From positions 61,220 to 125,219 of the forward strand of contig DASZME010000083.1 of the NCBI GenBank assembly GCA_035551995.1: a DNA stretch of 64,000 nt. Direction: 5' to 3'. Of this stretch, positions 40,691-50,147 are shown one piece after another. The position numbers were made by a program, and so were the translations under genes. How positions within the stretch are numbered: the stretch's first letter is position 1; each line of letters opens with the position of its first letter. This DNA comes from Tepidisphaeraceae bacterium (GTDB taxonomy: Bacteria > Planctomycetota > Phycisphaerae > Tepidisphaerales > Tepidisphaeraceae). Under the pieces are notes generated by a model. It ran no database searches. It was given only the letters and a program-made list of their open reading frames with translations, and was not told the DNA's origin.

Positions 40691-41950
40691 TCATGGCGGA
40701 TCATCCCCGTGCAAGACCCAATTCCACGTCGGAACATTCCGGCAAGGCGGAAGGTTCATGCGCCGGCGAAGGCCGGCCGTCCATTGGTTTTTGAAATTCT
40801 CGGCCGATGAGAAGCGAATCAACCTTTTGCCGGCTTCGCTGACCCGCCATGTAGCCGCCCGGTCCAGACTGGCGCCAAGCGCATCGGAGAAAGCGGCGGA
40901 GTCCAACACGTTAACGGTCCAGCCCATCTTGAATTTCGGGATCATCCGCCCGAGCCAGGCGGTATCGGAAGCCAGCGTGGGTCGTCCGCACGCGAGCGCT
41001 TTGAGGGCGATGCTCGCCGGGTGTGGCTGATGCGGGTAGGTGCAAACCACCACGTCGGCCGCCCACAAGGCCGCAGCAATTTCCCGCTCGGACAATACAC
41101 GGTCGATGACGATCAGCCGGCCCGCGGCGCAAAGAGCAACGCACGGATCGCGCTTGAGCGTCGCGGCGACGTCCGGCGCCGCCGGGCCGGCGAGCACCAG
41201 CCGATCCGTCGGCAAAAGCGATGCGCTCGACAACGCGCCGATCAACAACGGTATTCCTTTGCGATTGTCGAGCAAGCCGGGGCAGACGAGGTATCGGCCA
41301 TCTTCGGGAATCCCAAGGACCTTGCGAGCCTCTGCACGCGATATCGGAGCATATTCTTCGACGGGATCGGGAATCATATCGACGCGATCGCGCAGGCCGC
41401 CGCCGTGCGTTTGAATCCATTGCCAGGCAAGGGCGTCGATCAAATGAATCCTGGCGAAGGGTGACTTTCGCAAAGCCAAAAGGGAGAGCGCGGTGGACGC
41501 GGAACGGGCGCGACGGACATTGGGATCGGACAACCGGGCCGTTGAGTTTGGGTAGGCGAACGCGAGTCGGTTGATCGAGCATTCACAATAGACGTTTCGG
41601 GGAATCGACAGCAATCCCGCCATCTCCGCGAGCCCCGCCGCCTGAGCGATACCGTCGGCGGTGACGACATACACCACATCGGGGCGAATTTCCTTCACCG
41701 CCCGATTTAGATTGGCGACGGCGTCGCGAATTCCGTTGAACGTTCCGCCTCGGCCGGGGCGCAGGATCGGCCGCGCGTCCAGCCCGCCGGGAATGGAGGA
41801 GAGATGAACGCGAAATTCCGGCGACGCGAATCCCTCGGGCGTAATCGCCATGACCGTCTCCGCGCCAAGCGCGCCGACGGCGCCGATCAAAAGCCGATCG
41901 TAATTGTAATAGTGTCCGAGATGATTTTGTTCGACGATGAGCACACGCAT
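40691..41950 (-). CDS. GT-B fold glycosyltransferase (GT1/GT4-like)
   Basis: The N-terminus reads MRVLIVEQNHLGHYYNYDRLLIG, which resembles a sugar-acceptor domain. A C-terminal Rossmann-like domain is present (LVLAGPAAPDV...ALACGRPTLASD). The ORF is 419 aa. Confidence 0.65.
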   Translation of the reverse strand: MRVLIVEQNHLGHYYNYDRLLIGAVGALGAETVMAITPEGFASPEFRVHLSSIPGGLDARPILRPGRGGTFNGIRDAVANLNRAVKEIRPDVVYVVTADGIAQAAGLAEMAGLLSIPRNVYCECSINRLAFAYPNSTARLSDPNVRRARSASTALSLLALRKSPFARIHLIDALAWQWIQTHGGGLRDRVDMIPDPVEEYAPISRAEARKVLGIPEDGRYLVCPGLLDNRKGIPLLIGALSSASLLPTDRLVLAGPAAPDVAATLKRDPCVALCAAGRLIVIDRVLSEREIAAALWAADVVVCTYPHQPHPASIALKALACGRPTLASDTAWLGRMIPKFKMGWTVNVLDSAAFSDALGASLDRAATWRVSEAGKRLIRFSSAENFKNQWTAGLRRRMNLPPCRNVPTWNWVLHGDDPP

Positions 41951-42046
41951 GAGTTGCCGAAACGGTGACCTTAAAGAGAACCCGAAAAATCAAAAAAACC
42001 GCCGCCGGAGTATATCACACGTCGATGCTTTACATCGGCTCCGACA

Positions 42047-43885
42047 GTGGGGCCAACCGGAACGGCGGCGAGCGTTTTCGCCGCGACCGACACTCCGGAA
42101 ATTGCGCTATTATACGGCGATTCCGATACACTCGTGCGCGTGAGATCGCGCTCCGTGTACCTGATCGCCGCGATGCTTGTCGCGCTGGCCGGCTATGCCT
42201 GCCGGTGTCAGGCGCCCTTGATCTGGGACGGCGCCTATCAGTTTAACGCAACGCTGATCATGCAGCGGCCCTACATGTACGAGACGCGGTTTCATACGCT
42301 TTTATTCTGGTGGCCAACCGTCTGGGCCAGTCGGCATTGCGCGTCGGTCGCGGTTCTGCAATCGCTGTTCGGGCTGCCTTTTCTATTGGCCGCGCCGGCG
42401 AGCCTTTTGATGTCGTGGTGGATCGTGCGGTCGCACGCGCCGCGCCTGATCTTCTGGGCCATTTTCGGCATGGCCGCTTGCCTGCCGGGCCAGATTTTCG
42501 TCATCAACGACAGCACCGTTCTGGTCTACCTGTTTTGGCCGGTTTTTCTGGGGCTGTTTGTGCCGCTGTCAGGCCTCAAGAAATGCGCGCTCGGATTTCT
42601 ATGCCTGTTTCAATTCATTCATCCGCTGGGCGTTCTTTTACTTGCGGGAGCGACGGGAACCGCATTGGCGATGAGTGTGATCGATCCGGCTCATCGTCGG
42701 CGCCTGCTGCTTCGGGCGTCGGTGATGGGCGCCGTTTTTTCGGTCGCGGTGTTCAAGATCGCGATAGTGGCCGAGATGCGGCAATTCGACGACCCGTACG
42801 CCGTTCGCGAGGCGACGCTCGGAATCTCGGTTCGGCGGTGGGAATGCGGGGTGGCGGGATGGCCGTTAAGGGGATTGTGTTTTATCTGGGCGGCCGGCGC
42901 GCTCGCGCTCCTGGCGCAAATGCCCCAGCGTCGATTCACACGGCGTTTGGTCGTGAACGTGAGCGTGGCGTTTGTGCTCGTCGTTGTTTTCATCGTCCGG
43001 ACATTCGGATTTGACGAGCCGGATCGAGCGGATGAATTCACCGCATTGGCGATCGTTTACCTCGGCATACTGCTCGTCGGCCGGGCCCGGCGAACTGCAA
43101 TAATCGCGGCGTCGGTTTTGCTGGGCGCCGGTTGCGTCGGCGCCGCCCTGGAGTTGCGTCAAGGCTCCATCCATGGCGCCGATCTGGCGGCGGCCGTCGC
43201 GGACTGCGCCATCCTTTTCTTCTCATGGCTCTGCATGCGACGCTTGCGGGAGCATGCGAAAACCCTTGGCGCCATCGCGGTATTCAGCGCGCTCATCGGC
43301 GCCGCCTTTTGGATCTACTGGGCCGCCGACGCCACGCGCTGGGGTTACGCGCTGGATTACCGCAGATGGATCGGTCCGCTCGCTTTGCCATTTTTCGCTT
43401 TCGCGGCCATCGACGTGTTCTTGAGCGCGCGGACGCGTTTGCGAAGCACGGCGCCGTCGGTTATGGGCGTGCCCGAATGGCTGGCGGCGACTGTGATCAC
43501 CGCGTTCGTCATCGTCCTGTCGCTTCAATATACCCAGTGGCGCCAAATGACAAATCGGCTCATGAGCAGCGTTCGGCAATATCCATCGGCAATCGTGCCG
43601 ATATCTTCCATGCCCTGGATAGGCCATACCGCTCTGGATCACTGGAGCACATTTGATTTCGTGATGAGCCAGCAAGGCAAGGCGCCGGCGAAATTTCTCC
43701 TGAACGATCACTCGTTGGAAATGCTGCGCCAAACGCCGCCGAAACTCCCGCATTGGGATTTATGTCCCTACTTGTCGAATGATTCGCCGTCGCCCGCCCC
43801 GGGGCCGATGGGTTGGTATGACATGCGGCCCTTGCTGGCGAATCCCCGGAAAGACTCCCGCGCCGGACCCGCCTCCAAAACCTAA
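42047..43885 (+). CDS. Large polytopic membrane protein of unknown function (612 aa, more than 12 transmembrane segments); candidate polymerase or translocase of a glycan pathway
   Basis: The protein is a continuous run of hydrophobic helices with short Arg-rich cytoplasmic loops and a soluble C-terminal domain. The start is uncertain. No motif was recognised. Confidence 0.45.
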   Translation: MGPTGTAASVFAATDTPEIALLYGDSDTLVRVRSRSVYLIAAMLVALAGYACRCQAPLIWDGAYQFNATLIMQRPYMYETRFHTLLFWWPTVWASRHCASVAVLQSLFGLPFLLAAPASLLMSWWIVRSHAPRLIFWAIFGMAACLPGQIFVINDSTVLVYLFWPVFLGLFVPLSGLKKCALGFLCLFQFIHPLGVLLLAGATGTALAMSVIDPAHRRRLLLRASVMGAVFSVAVFKIAIVAEMRQFDDPYAVREATLGISVRRWECGVAGWPLRGLCFIWAAGALALLAQMPQRRFTRRLVVNVSVAFVLVVVFIVRTFGFDEPDRADEFTALAIVYLGILLVGRARRTAIIAASVLLGAGCVGAALELRQGSIHGADLAAAVADCAILFFSWLCMRRLREHAKTLGAIAVFSALIGAAFWIYWAADATRWGYALDYRRWIGPLALPFFAFAAIDVFLSARTRLRSTAPSVMGVPEWLAATVITAFVIVLSLQYTQWRQMTNRLMSSVRQYPSAIVPISSMPWIGHTALDHWSTFDFVMSQQGKAPAKFLLNDHSLEMLRQTPPKLPHWDLCPYLSNDSPSPAPGPMGWYDMRPLLANPRKDSRAGPASKT

Positions 43886-44067
43886 TAATGTCTCACGCCG
43901 ATGCCATCTGATCAGTGCGGCTGCGCTTCACTTTCCCCAGAGCTTTCCCGTCCGGACCGATGGCCTCGTTCGGAGGATCGAAAGTCACGACAGTTTCGCA
44001 AACAACCCATTCAAATCGAGCGTGAATCCCGGCAGAACCGCGCCGCCGGTGAGGATACGACCGGGCG

Positions 44068-44307
44068 TCAATCGAGTCGATCGGCTTCAAGCGGCGCAGC
44101 ATCAGGCACTGCCGCCAAAAATTTATCGAAATCCTCTTGACGGCCAGCTTGTGATTCGCGGCGCAGGTAATCGACCGTCGTCATGACCGCCAGTTTTTCG
44201 CCGGCGGCGCTGGCAAAGAATTGGCTGATCGAGTAACCCTCCTGCGCGGCAAGGGCTTCGATTTGCTTAGTAAGTGAATCGGGAAGTTCGATCGTAAGCG
44301 TGGTCAT
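44068..44307 (-). CDS. Putative antitoxin (small DNA-binding protein) paired with the upstream PIN toxin
   Basis: The protein is 79 aa (MTTLTIELPDSLTKQIEALAAQEGYSISQFFASAAGEKLA...). Its start overlaps the PIN-gene stop by 4 bp (ATGA). Whether the fold is RHH or Phd-like cannot be decided by eye. Confidence 0.5.
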   Translation of the reverse strand: MTTLTIELPDSLTKQIEALAAQEGYSISQFFASAAGEKLAVMTTVDYLRRESQAGRQEDFDKFLAAVPDAAPLEADRLD

Positions 44308-44726
44308 GTTTTCTTCCGCAAAAGGCCCAGGAAATCGCAAGGGCGCACCGCTACGATGCCCAATTCCTCCGCGCGCCTGAAGTGCCTTCTATAGTGCGAA
44401 ATAATATGCCTGCAACCGGCGGCGAAAGCCAGTTCCAGGACCATATCGTCAATTCGATCCGGCAGGAAAGGCCGCCAAAGGAAATGAATCTCCTGCAGGT
44501 GCGATTGGCCGGCGAGATAGCGAACGAACTGAACCGCGTCTTCGGGCATAAGGCCCGAAGGAAGATTTTCCGGGCGGGAGAGAACCTCTCGCCATTCGGC
44601 GTAAAGGGCGACGGAGAGGCATGGCTGAAATAACGACGATGGAATAGAGCTTATCAGCGCAAAACTCGCGCCACGCCTGGAGCGTGCCGCGGCGACAAGC
44701 ACGCTGGTGTCAAAGACTACACGCAT
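44304..44726 (-). CDS. PIN-domain toxin (TIGR00305-type putative toxin-antitoxin toxin component)
   Basis: The N-terminus MRVVFDTSVLVAAARSRRG carries the first acidic residue of PIN. The region LPDRIDDMVLELAFAAGCRHIIS carries the central acidic residues. The C-terminus reads AVRPCDFLGLL. Confidence 0.7.
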   Translation of the reverse strand: MRVVFDTSVLVAAARSRRGASFALISSIPSSLFQPCLSVALYAEWREVLSRPENLPSGLMPEDAVQFVRYLAGQSHLQEIHFLWRPFLPDRIDDMVLELAFAAGCRHIISHYRRHFRRAEELGIVAVRPCDFLGLLRKKT

Positions 44727-44852
44727 CGGCGAAGATCCGATCATTTTATTCCGTTCCAGTCGCGTTGCCGTTGGGATCAACACGTTTTTGTCGTGGCGAA
44801 CTTCGTTTGCCGCGTGCGGCCCCTTCGCGTTTGTTCCGGGCTCGCGTGTTTT

Positions 44853-47081
44853 CTATTCCGCCGGCGATTTCAGATCCTTCCGCAGTTGCAAGAGCATCGC
44901 GTCGAACAGACCGTCCGCCACTTTAGTATCCGTCCCCTCCGCCGCCCGCTGCCAGACGCTGATGGCGAGGCTGGCGTAGCGTTCGGTCGCGAACGGCTGG
45001 CGATCCATCGGCGTTAACAGCTTGGCGAATTCCCCAAGCTGCCCGACGGGAAGGTCTTTGCATTGGTCGGCATACTGCCCCAACTCCTTCACCAGCGACA
45101 GCAGGGGAGCGAAACGCTTCTGGATCGCCGGCCAGCGAGATATCGGCGTGAGATTCTCTTCGGCGAAACCATCGAACGCGGCGGCGGTGGCGTCGCGATA
45201 CGGGACGATCAACGCCGTCAGCTGATCGGGACTGATTGACCAGTCGGCCCAGCGCGAAAGCGACGGCGCCTTGGCCAATCCCGCTTCGACGTCGCCGGCC
45301 ATGCGCAACGCGTCGTACAGTTGGCGCAGCGTGTCGAGCTTCAATAAGTCCGAAATTTCCATCTCCTTGCCCGAAGCCAGTTGTGACGCCAGACTGCCGA
45401 TGAGGGTGGCGCGCTGCGCGTCAACCGCCGACAGACGGCCGTGAGCGTAGGTCTTGATCGTTTCGGAGGACAACCCGGTCGGCGTCACGATCGAGTCGGC
45501 CAGTCGGGCCAGCCGCTCGACGTCGGCGAGGAATTTAGCCGCCGCGTCCCGTCCGTTGACGACGCCGGTCGAGCTGAGTTCCCCGGCCGCGGAGACCGCT
45601 CGTTTTTCCAACCCGCCGGTCGGGCGCGGGCGATACGGCGCCAGCGCCGCGATCGCGTGAGCCGACGGTTCGATGACGGACAAACTATCGAGATATTGCC
45701 GCATCGATTCGACGCGATTTACCAGCCCGCCGGGAGTGGGGGCGCCGGCGGCGAAGGGGTTGGCGCCGGCGCCGAGAGCTGCCGCGTCGTCGAGAAAGTT
45801 CGCGCGCTGCGCGGCGAATTGCTTTTGAAGGGTCTCCACCGCCTTCTTCTGGGCGAACGGAAGCGCGATCGGCTTGCGGGCGTCGAAGCGCGTGCAGAGC
45901 TGTAGATATTTTTCGATGGCGCCAAGAACTTTGCCGCCCGAATCCGGATTGGCGTTTGCCCAGGTGAACGTGGGAGACAGCTTTTGCAAAAGAGCGGCGG
46001 GAAGGCGCATGCCCTGAAGCTGCATGAGCAATTGCCGATATTGGCTCAGCGACGCGACGCGACTCTGGCCGGCCGCGCGGGTTCGCACGTCGGTGAACAA
46101 CGCCAGCCCCTCGGTCAATTGCTGCTCGATCTTCGGCCGGGCGGCGGCGTCGACGCCGGTGTTGTGCGCCAGGCCCTCGGCCAGTTCCGTCGAAGTCGAA
46201 AGCATCTCGTACAGGGCCTCGGCGTCCGGCGATGCGTTGTCTCCGGCGGCGGGCGCCTGAGCGGCGGCGGCGAGCGACTGCAATTGCTTCCTCAACGCCG
46301 GCGAGATGTCCAGCGTGCGGCCGAGCGAAGCCAGTTCCGCGATCGTCGGCGGGCGCGTGGCCGAGGGTTCGGTCGTCGGCGCGGTCGTGGCGATCACGAT
46401 GTTTCGGGGGCGCATCGGCGGAAGGTTTTTGATTTCGACGGGATTGGGATTGGAGATGAGAATCAACGCGGTCGCCACTTTTCGACTGACGTCGTCGACC
46501 GTGCCGACGGTGGCGCCGTCCGGCAATCCGTATGTGAGATCGTGAAGCGATTTGAGTCCGTGGAGTTGGCCGGGCGTGAGCGACTTGGCGAAATTTTGCA
46601 GCCGCTCGCCGACGTGGTCCGCGGCGGATTGAAGACTGATCACGCGAAGCGCGACACATGCCTGTAGCGATTCATCGACATCCTTTTGATCGCGCGGCGC
46701 CGATTGCCTGGAGGCGCTGGCTTCATTTTGCGGCCTGGTCGCCGGCCCGCCGTCGTCGGATGAAATGGGCGCCGGGGGCTCCATCGCGCCGCTCAGCATC
46801 CATCGCTCGACGAGGCGCGTATCGATTTGATAATCGATGATGGCCAGGGCCGGACCGGCGGCGTCCGTGCGGCGCTGCAGGAGATTGGCCAGCTCCGATT
46901 CGATCGTGTTGACGCGCTCCTGAAACACTTCGCCGGGCGTGGACGGCGGCGGTGGAGGCGGCGCCACCAGGGCGGGGGCGGCGAATAAGGCCGCCGCGCA
47001 AAAGACCCATGCGAGGGCGACGCCCGTCGCCCAGGCGTACGATCGGGGCTGGCGCCGCCGAGAAAAAGGCGTGGTTTGCAT
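44853..47081 (-). CDS. Hypothetical 742-aa exported or anchored protein (Ala/Leu/Gln-rich, helical), function unknown
   Basis: An N-terminal signal-anchor is present (YAWATGVALAWVFCAAALFAAPALVA). The ORF is long with consistent codon usage. It lies 42 bp downstream of a GT4 gene and directly upstream of the PIN gene on the same strand. Confidence 0.5.
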   Translation of the reverse strand: MQTTPFSRRRQPRSYAWATGVALAWVFCAAALFAAPALVAPPPPPPSTPGEVFQERVNTIESELANLLQRRTDAAGPALAIIDYQIDTRLVERWMLSGAMEPPAPISSDDGGPATRPQNEASASRQSAPRDQKDVDESLQACVALRVISLQSAADHVGERLQNFAKSLTPGQLHGLKSLHDLTYGLPDGATVGTVDDVSRKVATALILISNPNPVEIKNLPPMRPRNIVIATTAPTTEPSATRPPTIAELASLGRTLDISPALRKQLQSLAAAAQAPAAGDNASPDAEALYEMLSTSTELAEGLAHNTGVDAAARPKIEQQLTEGLALFTDVRTRAAGQSRVASLSQYRQLLMQLQGMRLPAALLQKLSPTFTWANANPDSGGKVLGAIEKYLQLCTRFDARKPIALPFAQKKAVETLQKQFAAQRANFLDDAAALGAGANPFAAGAPTPGGLVNRVESMRQYLDSLSVIEPSAHAIAALAPYRPRPTGGLEKRAVSAAGELSSTGVVNGRDAAAKFLADVERLARLADSIVTPTGLSSETIKTYAHGRLSAVDAQRATLIGSLASQLASGKEMEISDLLKLDTLRQLYDALRMAGDVEAGLAKAPSLSRWADWSISPDQLTALIVPYRDATAAAFDGFAEENLTPISRWPAIQKRFAPLLSLVKELGQYADQCKDLPVGQLGEFAKLLTPMDRQPFATERYASLAISVWQRAAEGTDTKVADGLFDAMLLQLRKDLKSPAE

Positions 47082-47123
47082 GCTTCGTCTCTCTCTGTTG
47101 TAGACGGCGATGTCCGCCGGGGC

Positions 47124-48293
47124 TTAGGCCGGCCGCATGGAATTCCGATACACGTGCTCCAGGGCCTCGACCATTACACTCGCGTCAAATCGGGCCAGGG
47201 CGAACGCGCGGCCGGTTTCCCCCATCCGGCTCCGCAGGGCCGGATCGCCCAATAATACTTCAAGCGCCGCCGAAAGTCCGGCGCCGTCGAACGGCCGAAT
47301 CGCGAATCCGCTCTGGCCGTCCAAAAGCCCTTCACGATTGCCGTCGATGTCAAAGGCGATCACCGGGCATCCCGCCAGCGCCCCTTGCGGCAACGCCCGC
47401 GCCAAGCCTTCCCGCCGGGACGGATGAACCAGGATATCCATCGCGTTCGTCAACTCCGGCACCCGCGACGGCGAAACCAGTCCCGTGAGGATAAACCGAT
47501 CCTTCAAACTCATGCGCGCGATCTCTCGCTCAAAATCAGCCCGAAGCGATCCGTCGCCGACCCAGAGAAATCGCAGGTTTGGATACTTCCGGCATAACCC
47601 CGGCGCCGCCGCGAGCAGATCGGCATGCCCCTTGAGATCGAATAGTCGAGCGATCGTCCCCACCGCCACATGCTCATCGGCAAGGCCAAGACCGCGGCGA
47701 ACTTCGGCGCGGCAAATCGGCGGATCGAGAAACGGCGCCGTCTTCATCCCGCTGTAAACGGTCACATATTGATCCGTCCGCCCCACGTTTTGCGCAAGCG
47801 ACCGCTCAGCCATGGCGTCGGCGACGCAGACGATTTTCGTGGTGATCGGCGCCGTGAATTTCTCGGCCAGCCGATACACGTCGTTGACGATTTTTCGCGT
47901 CGACGCCGTGAACGCCAATCCATGAATCGTATGAACGATCACCGGCACGCCCGCCTGATATGCCGCCCATCGGCCGATGATGCCCGCCTTGCTGCTGTGG
48001 GTATGAACGACGTGGGGCTTGATCTGTCGCAGGCGGCGGATGAGCCATCGGTACGTCCGCCAATCCTGCGTGGGCAAAACGCTCCGACGCATGGCGTCGA
48101 TCGTCTCGACGCGATACCCATAAGACGCCGCTCGCTCCATCAACGACCCCTCGGGCCCCAGCGCCGGGCCGGCGATCAGCGTGACGTCGTGGCCGCGATC
48201 GTGCTGGCCTTCGCAGGAAAGCAGCGTATTTTCCTGCGCGCCGCCGACGATCAGACGGGTGATGACGTGGACGATTGTCATAGCGAAAGTCAT
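47124..48293 (-). CDS. Glycosyltransferase family 4 (GT-B fold)
   Basis: The N-terminus reads IVHVITRLIVGGAQENTLL. The C-terminal EX7E-type region reads HPSRREGLARALPQGALAGCPVIAFDIDGNREGL. Confidence 0.8.
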   Translation of the reverse strand: MTFAMTIVHVITRLIVGGAQENTLLSCEGQHDRGHDVTLIAGPALGPEGSLMERAASYGYRVETIDAMRRSVLPTQDWRTYRWLIRRLRQIKPHVVHTHSSKAGIIGRWAAYQAGVPVIVHTIHGLAFTASTRKIVNDVYRLAEKFTAPITTKIVCVADAMAERSLAQNVGRTDQYVTVYSGMKTAPFLDPPICRAEVRRGLGLADEHVAVGTIARLFDLKGHADLLAAAPGLCRKYPNLRFLWVGDGSLRADFEREIARMSLKDRFILTGLVSPSRVPELTNAMDILVHPSRREGLARALPQGALAGCPVIAFDIDGNREGLLDGQSGFAIRPFDGAGLSAALEVLLGDPALRSRMGETGRAFALARFDASVMVEALEHVYRNSMRPA

Positions 48294-48345
48294 TGTCCCC
48301 GGCGGGGCTGCGGCGCCGGATCGTCTCGATTCGCCAAAGGCCGCT

Positions 48346-49959
48346 TCAGTCGAACAATCTCGGCTGCCTGGGATCGTCGGCGATGGATTCGATCTGTCCG
48401 TCGGCCAGGCGCGTTTGCAATCGGTCGCCCGGTTTAACTTGTTCGACGCTTCGGATAAGCGACCCGTCTTTTTTGCGGAAGGTCATGCTGTAGCCGCGCT
48501 GCAATACGTTGCTGGGATTGAGGGCCTGGAGTTGGCGCTCAAGGGCGTCGAGGCGCCGGCGCCGTTCCAGAAAACCGGACTGCGCCGCTCGATTGAATCG
48601 ATCGATCGACGCCTTGAGCCGCTGGCTTTGCAGGCGGACGCCGAACTTCGGATGGCAATCGCCCAAGCGGCTTGCGGCGCGGTTGACCCGGTCGTTCGCC
48701 TGACGAACGCGCCGGCTCAGGGCCAGCAGGAGATTGCGCTGTAACGTGGCAAGCCGATCGCCCAGACGATTGATCGCCGCGGGCATCTGACGATCGAGCC
48801 GGCCGTGAATTTCCTGCACGCGCCATTGCGTCTGATGCAGGCGATGGACGACGGCGGTCGTCATCGTGCGCTGCCGGTCGTCAAGAACTTGCCGAAGCGA
48901 ATTGATCCGCTCCATCGGCCGGCGGAAAACTTCGTGGCGTTCGATATTCTTGAGGCGCTCGCGGCATTCGGTCAACCGTTTTGAAAAGCCGCGGCCAAGC
49001 CGCAGCGCCGTCACGTCAAGCTCGTCGCGCACATCGCGCCAATGTCCCGACACGATTTGGGCGGCTTCGGTCGGCGTATGCGCGTGATAATCGGCCGCGA
49101 GGTCGGCGATCGTCACATCCACCTCATGGCCGATCCCCGTGATCACCGCCACGCGGCTGGCCGCGATCGCGCGGGCGACCGGCTCTTCGTTGAACGCCCA
49201 TAGGTCTTCCAGCGATCCGCCGCCGCGCGCCAGCAGAATGATGTCGGCCGATATCTCGTGCGCGCAACGGCTGACGTGCGCAATGGCAGCCGCGATTCGC
49301 CCCGCCGCCGCGTCCCCCTGAACCGGAACCGGGTAAACCATGAGCCGCAGCCACGCATACCGGCGGAGGACTTTCAAGATGTCCTGCAGCGCCGCGGTGC
49401 TCGTTCCCGTCACCAGCACGATCGTCATCGGATATCGCGGCAGCGGTTTTTTTCGCTCGGCCGCGAACAGCCCCTCGGCTTCAAGTTTCGCTCGAAGTTG
49501 CCCAAAGGCCAACTCCAGCGACCCCTTGCCCAGCGGCCGCAGGGTTGTGACATACAGTTGATAGCGCCCCTGCTTGCCGAAGACCGCGACCTTTCCGGTT
49601 GCAATCAGTTCCAGGCCGTCGGTCGGAACGAATTTCAAACGAGCCGCGTCGCTCTTCCACATCACGCAGTCGATGCAGGTAGCGGCATCTTTCAGCGTGA
49701 AGTATACATGCCCCGACGAGTGGTTTGGCCGATAGTTGCTGATCTCGCCGCGGACGTAAACAGTGTCCGGCACGCCTGCCCTGACGGCTCGATCGATTCG
49801 ATTGGTCAGTTCCGAAACGGTGATGGCATCGATTGACGTCTGCTTGCTCGCGCCGGGCGGCCCGGGCGATCCCGTCGCGGGAAGTTCACGGGGCCGAATT
49901 TCCGCGCGGGGTTTGCGCGTGGCCTGCTCGCGAAACTCGAAGAATCCTCCATGAGACAT
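48346..49959 (-). CDS. xseA: Exodeoxyribonuclease VII large subunit XseA
   Basis: The OB fold is present (VYVRGEISNYRPNHSSGHVYFTLKDAATCIDCVMWKS). The catalytic core is present (ARGGGSLEDLWAFNEE ... ITGIGHEVDVTIADL). The C-terminal coiled coil is present. Confidence 0.85.
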   Translation of the reverse strand: MSHGGFFEFREQATRKPRAEIRPRELPATGSPGPPGASKQTSIDAITVSELTNRIDRAVRAGVPDTVYVRGEISNYRPNHSSGHVYFTLKDAATCIDCVMWKSDAARLKFVPTDGLELIATGKVAVFGKQGRYQLYVTTLRPLGKGSLELAFGQLRAKLEAEGLFAAERKKPLPRYPMTIVLVTGTSTAALQDILKVLRRYAWLRLMVYPVPVQGDAAAGRIAAAIAHVSRCAHEISADIILLARGGGSLEDLWAFNEEPVARAIAASRVAVITGIGHEVDVTIADLAADYHAHTPTEAAQIVSGHWRDVRDELDVTALRLGRGFSKRLTECRERLKNIERHEVFRRPMERINSLRQVLDDRQRTMTTAVVHRLHQTQWRVQEIHGRLDRQMPAAINRLGDRLATLQRNLLLALSRRVRQANDRVNRAASRLGDCHPKFGVRLQSQRLKASIDRFNRAAQSGFLERRRRLDALERQLQALNPSNVLQRGYSMTFRKKDGSLIRSVEQVKPGDRLQTRLADGQIESIADDPRQPRLFD

Positions 49960-50147
49960 CAGTACAAGTATACGCGATGAGGGGCGCTCCTGCTTCCTTT
50001 AGCCGCCGTGATGACACTGCCGGGACCTGAACGGACACGGCCTCTTTTCCCTCGCGGCGATCGTCGCTCCAACGATCGGCCTTGCCGTGGCGTATTTACA
50101 AATGCGTCGCAGCATTTCGCCAGCGGTTTTCACGGAAAGGTCGTGCG

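Noticed and set aside
45685-46659. 324-aa Arg-rich ORF on the same strand as the 742-aa gene but in a different frame
   Set aside because: It has a low-complexity RRRR composition. The alternative frame encoding the 742-aa protein is protein-like throughout.
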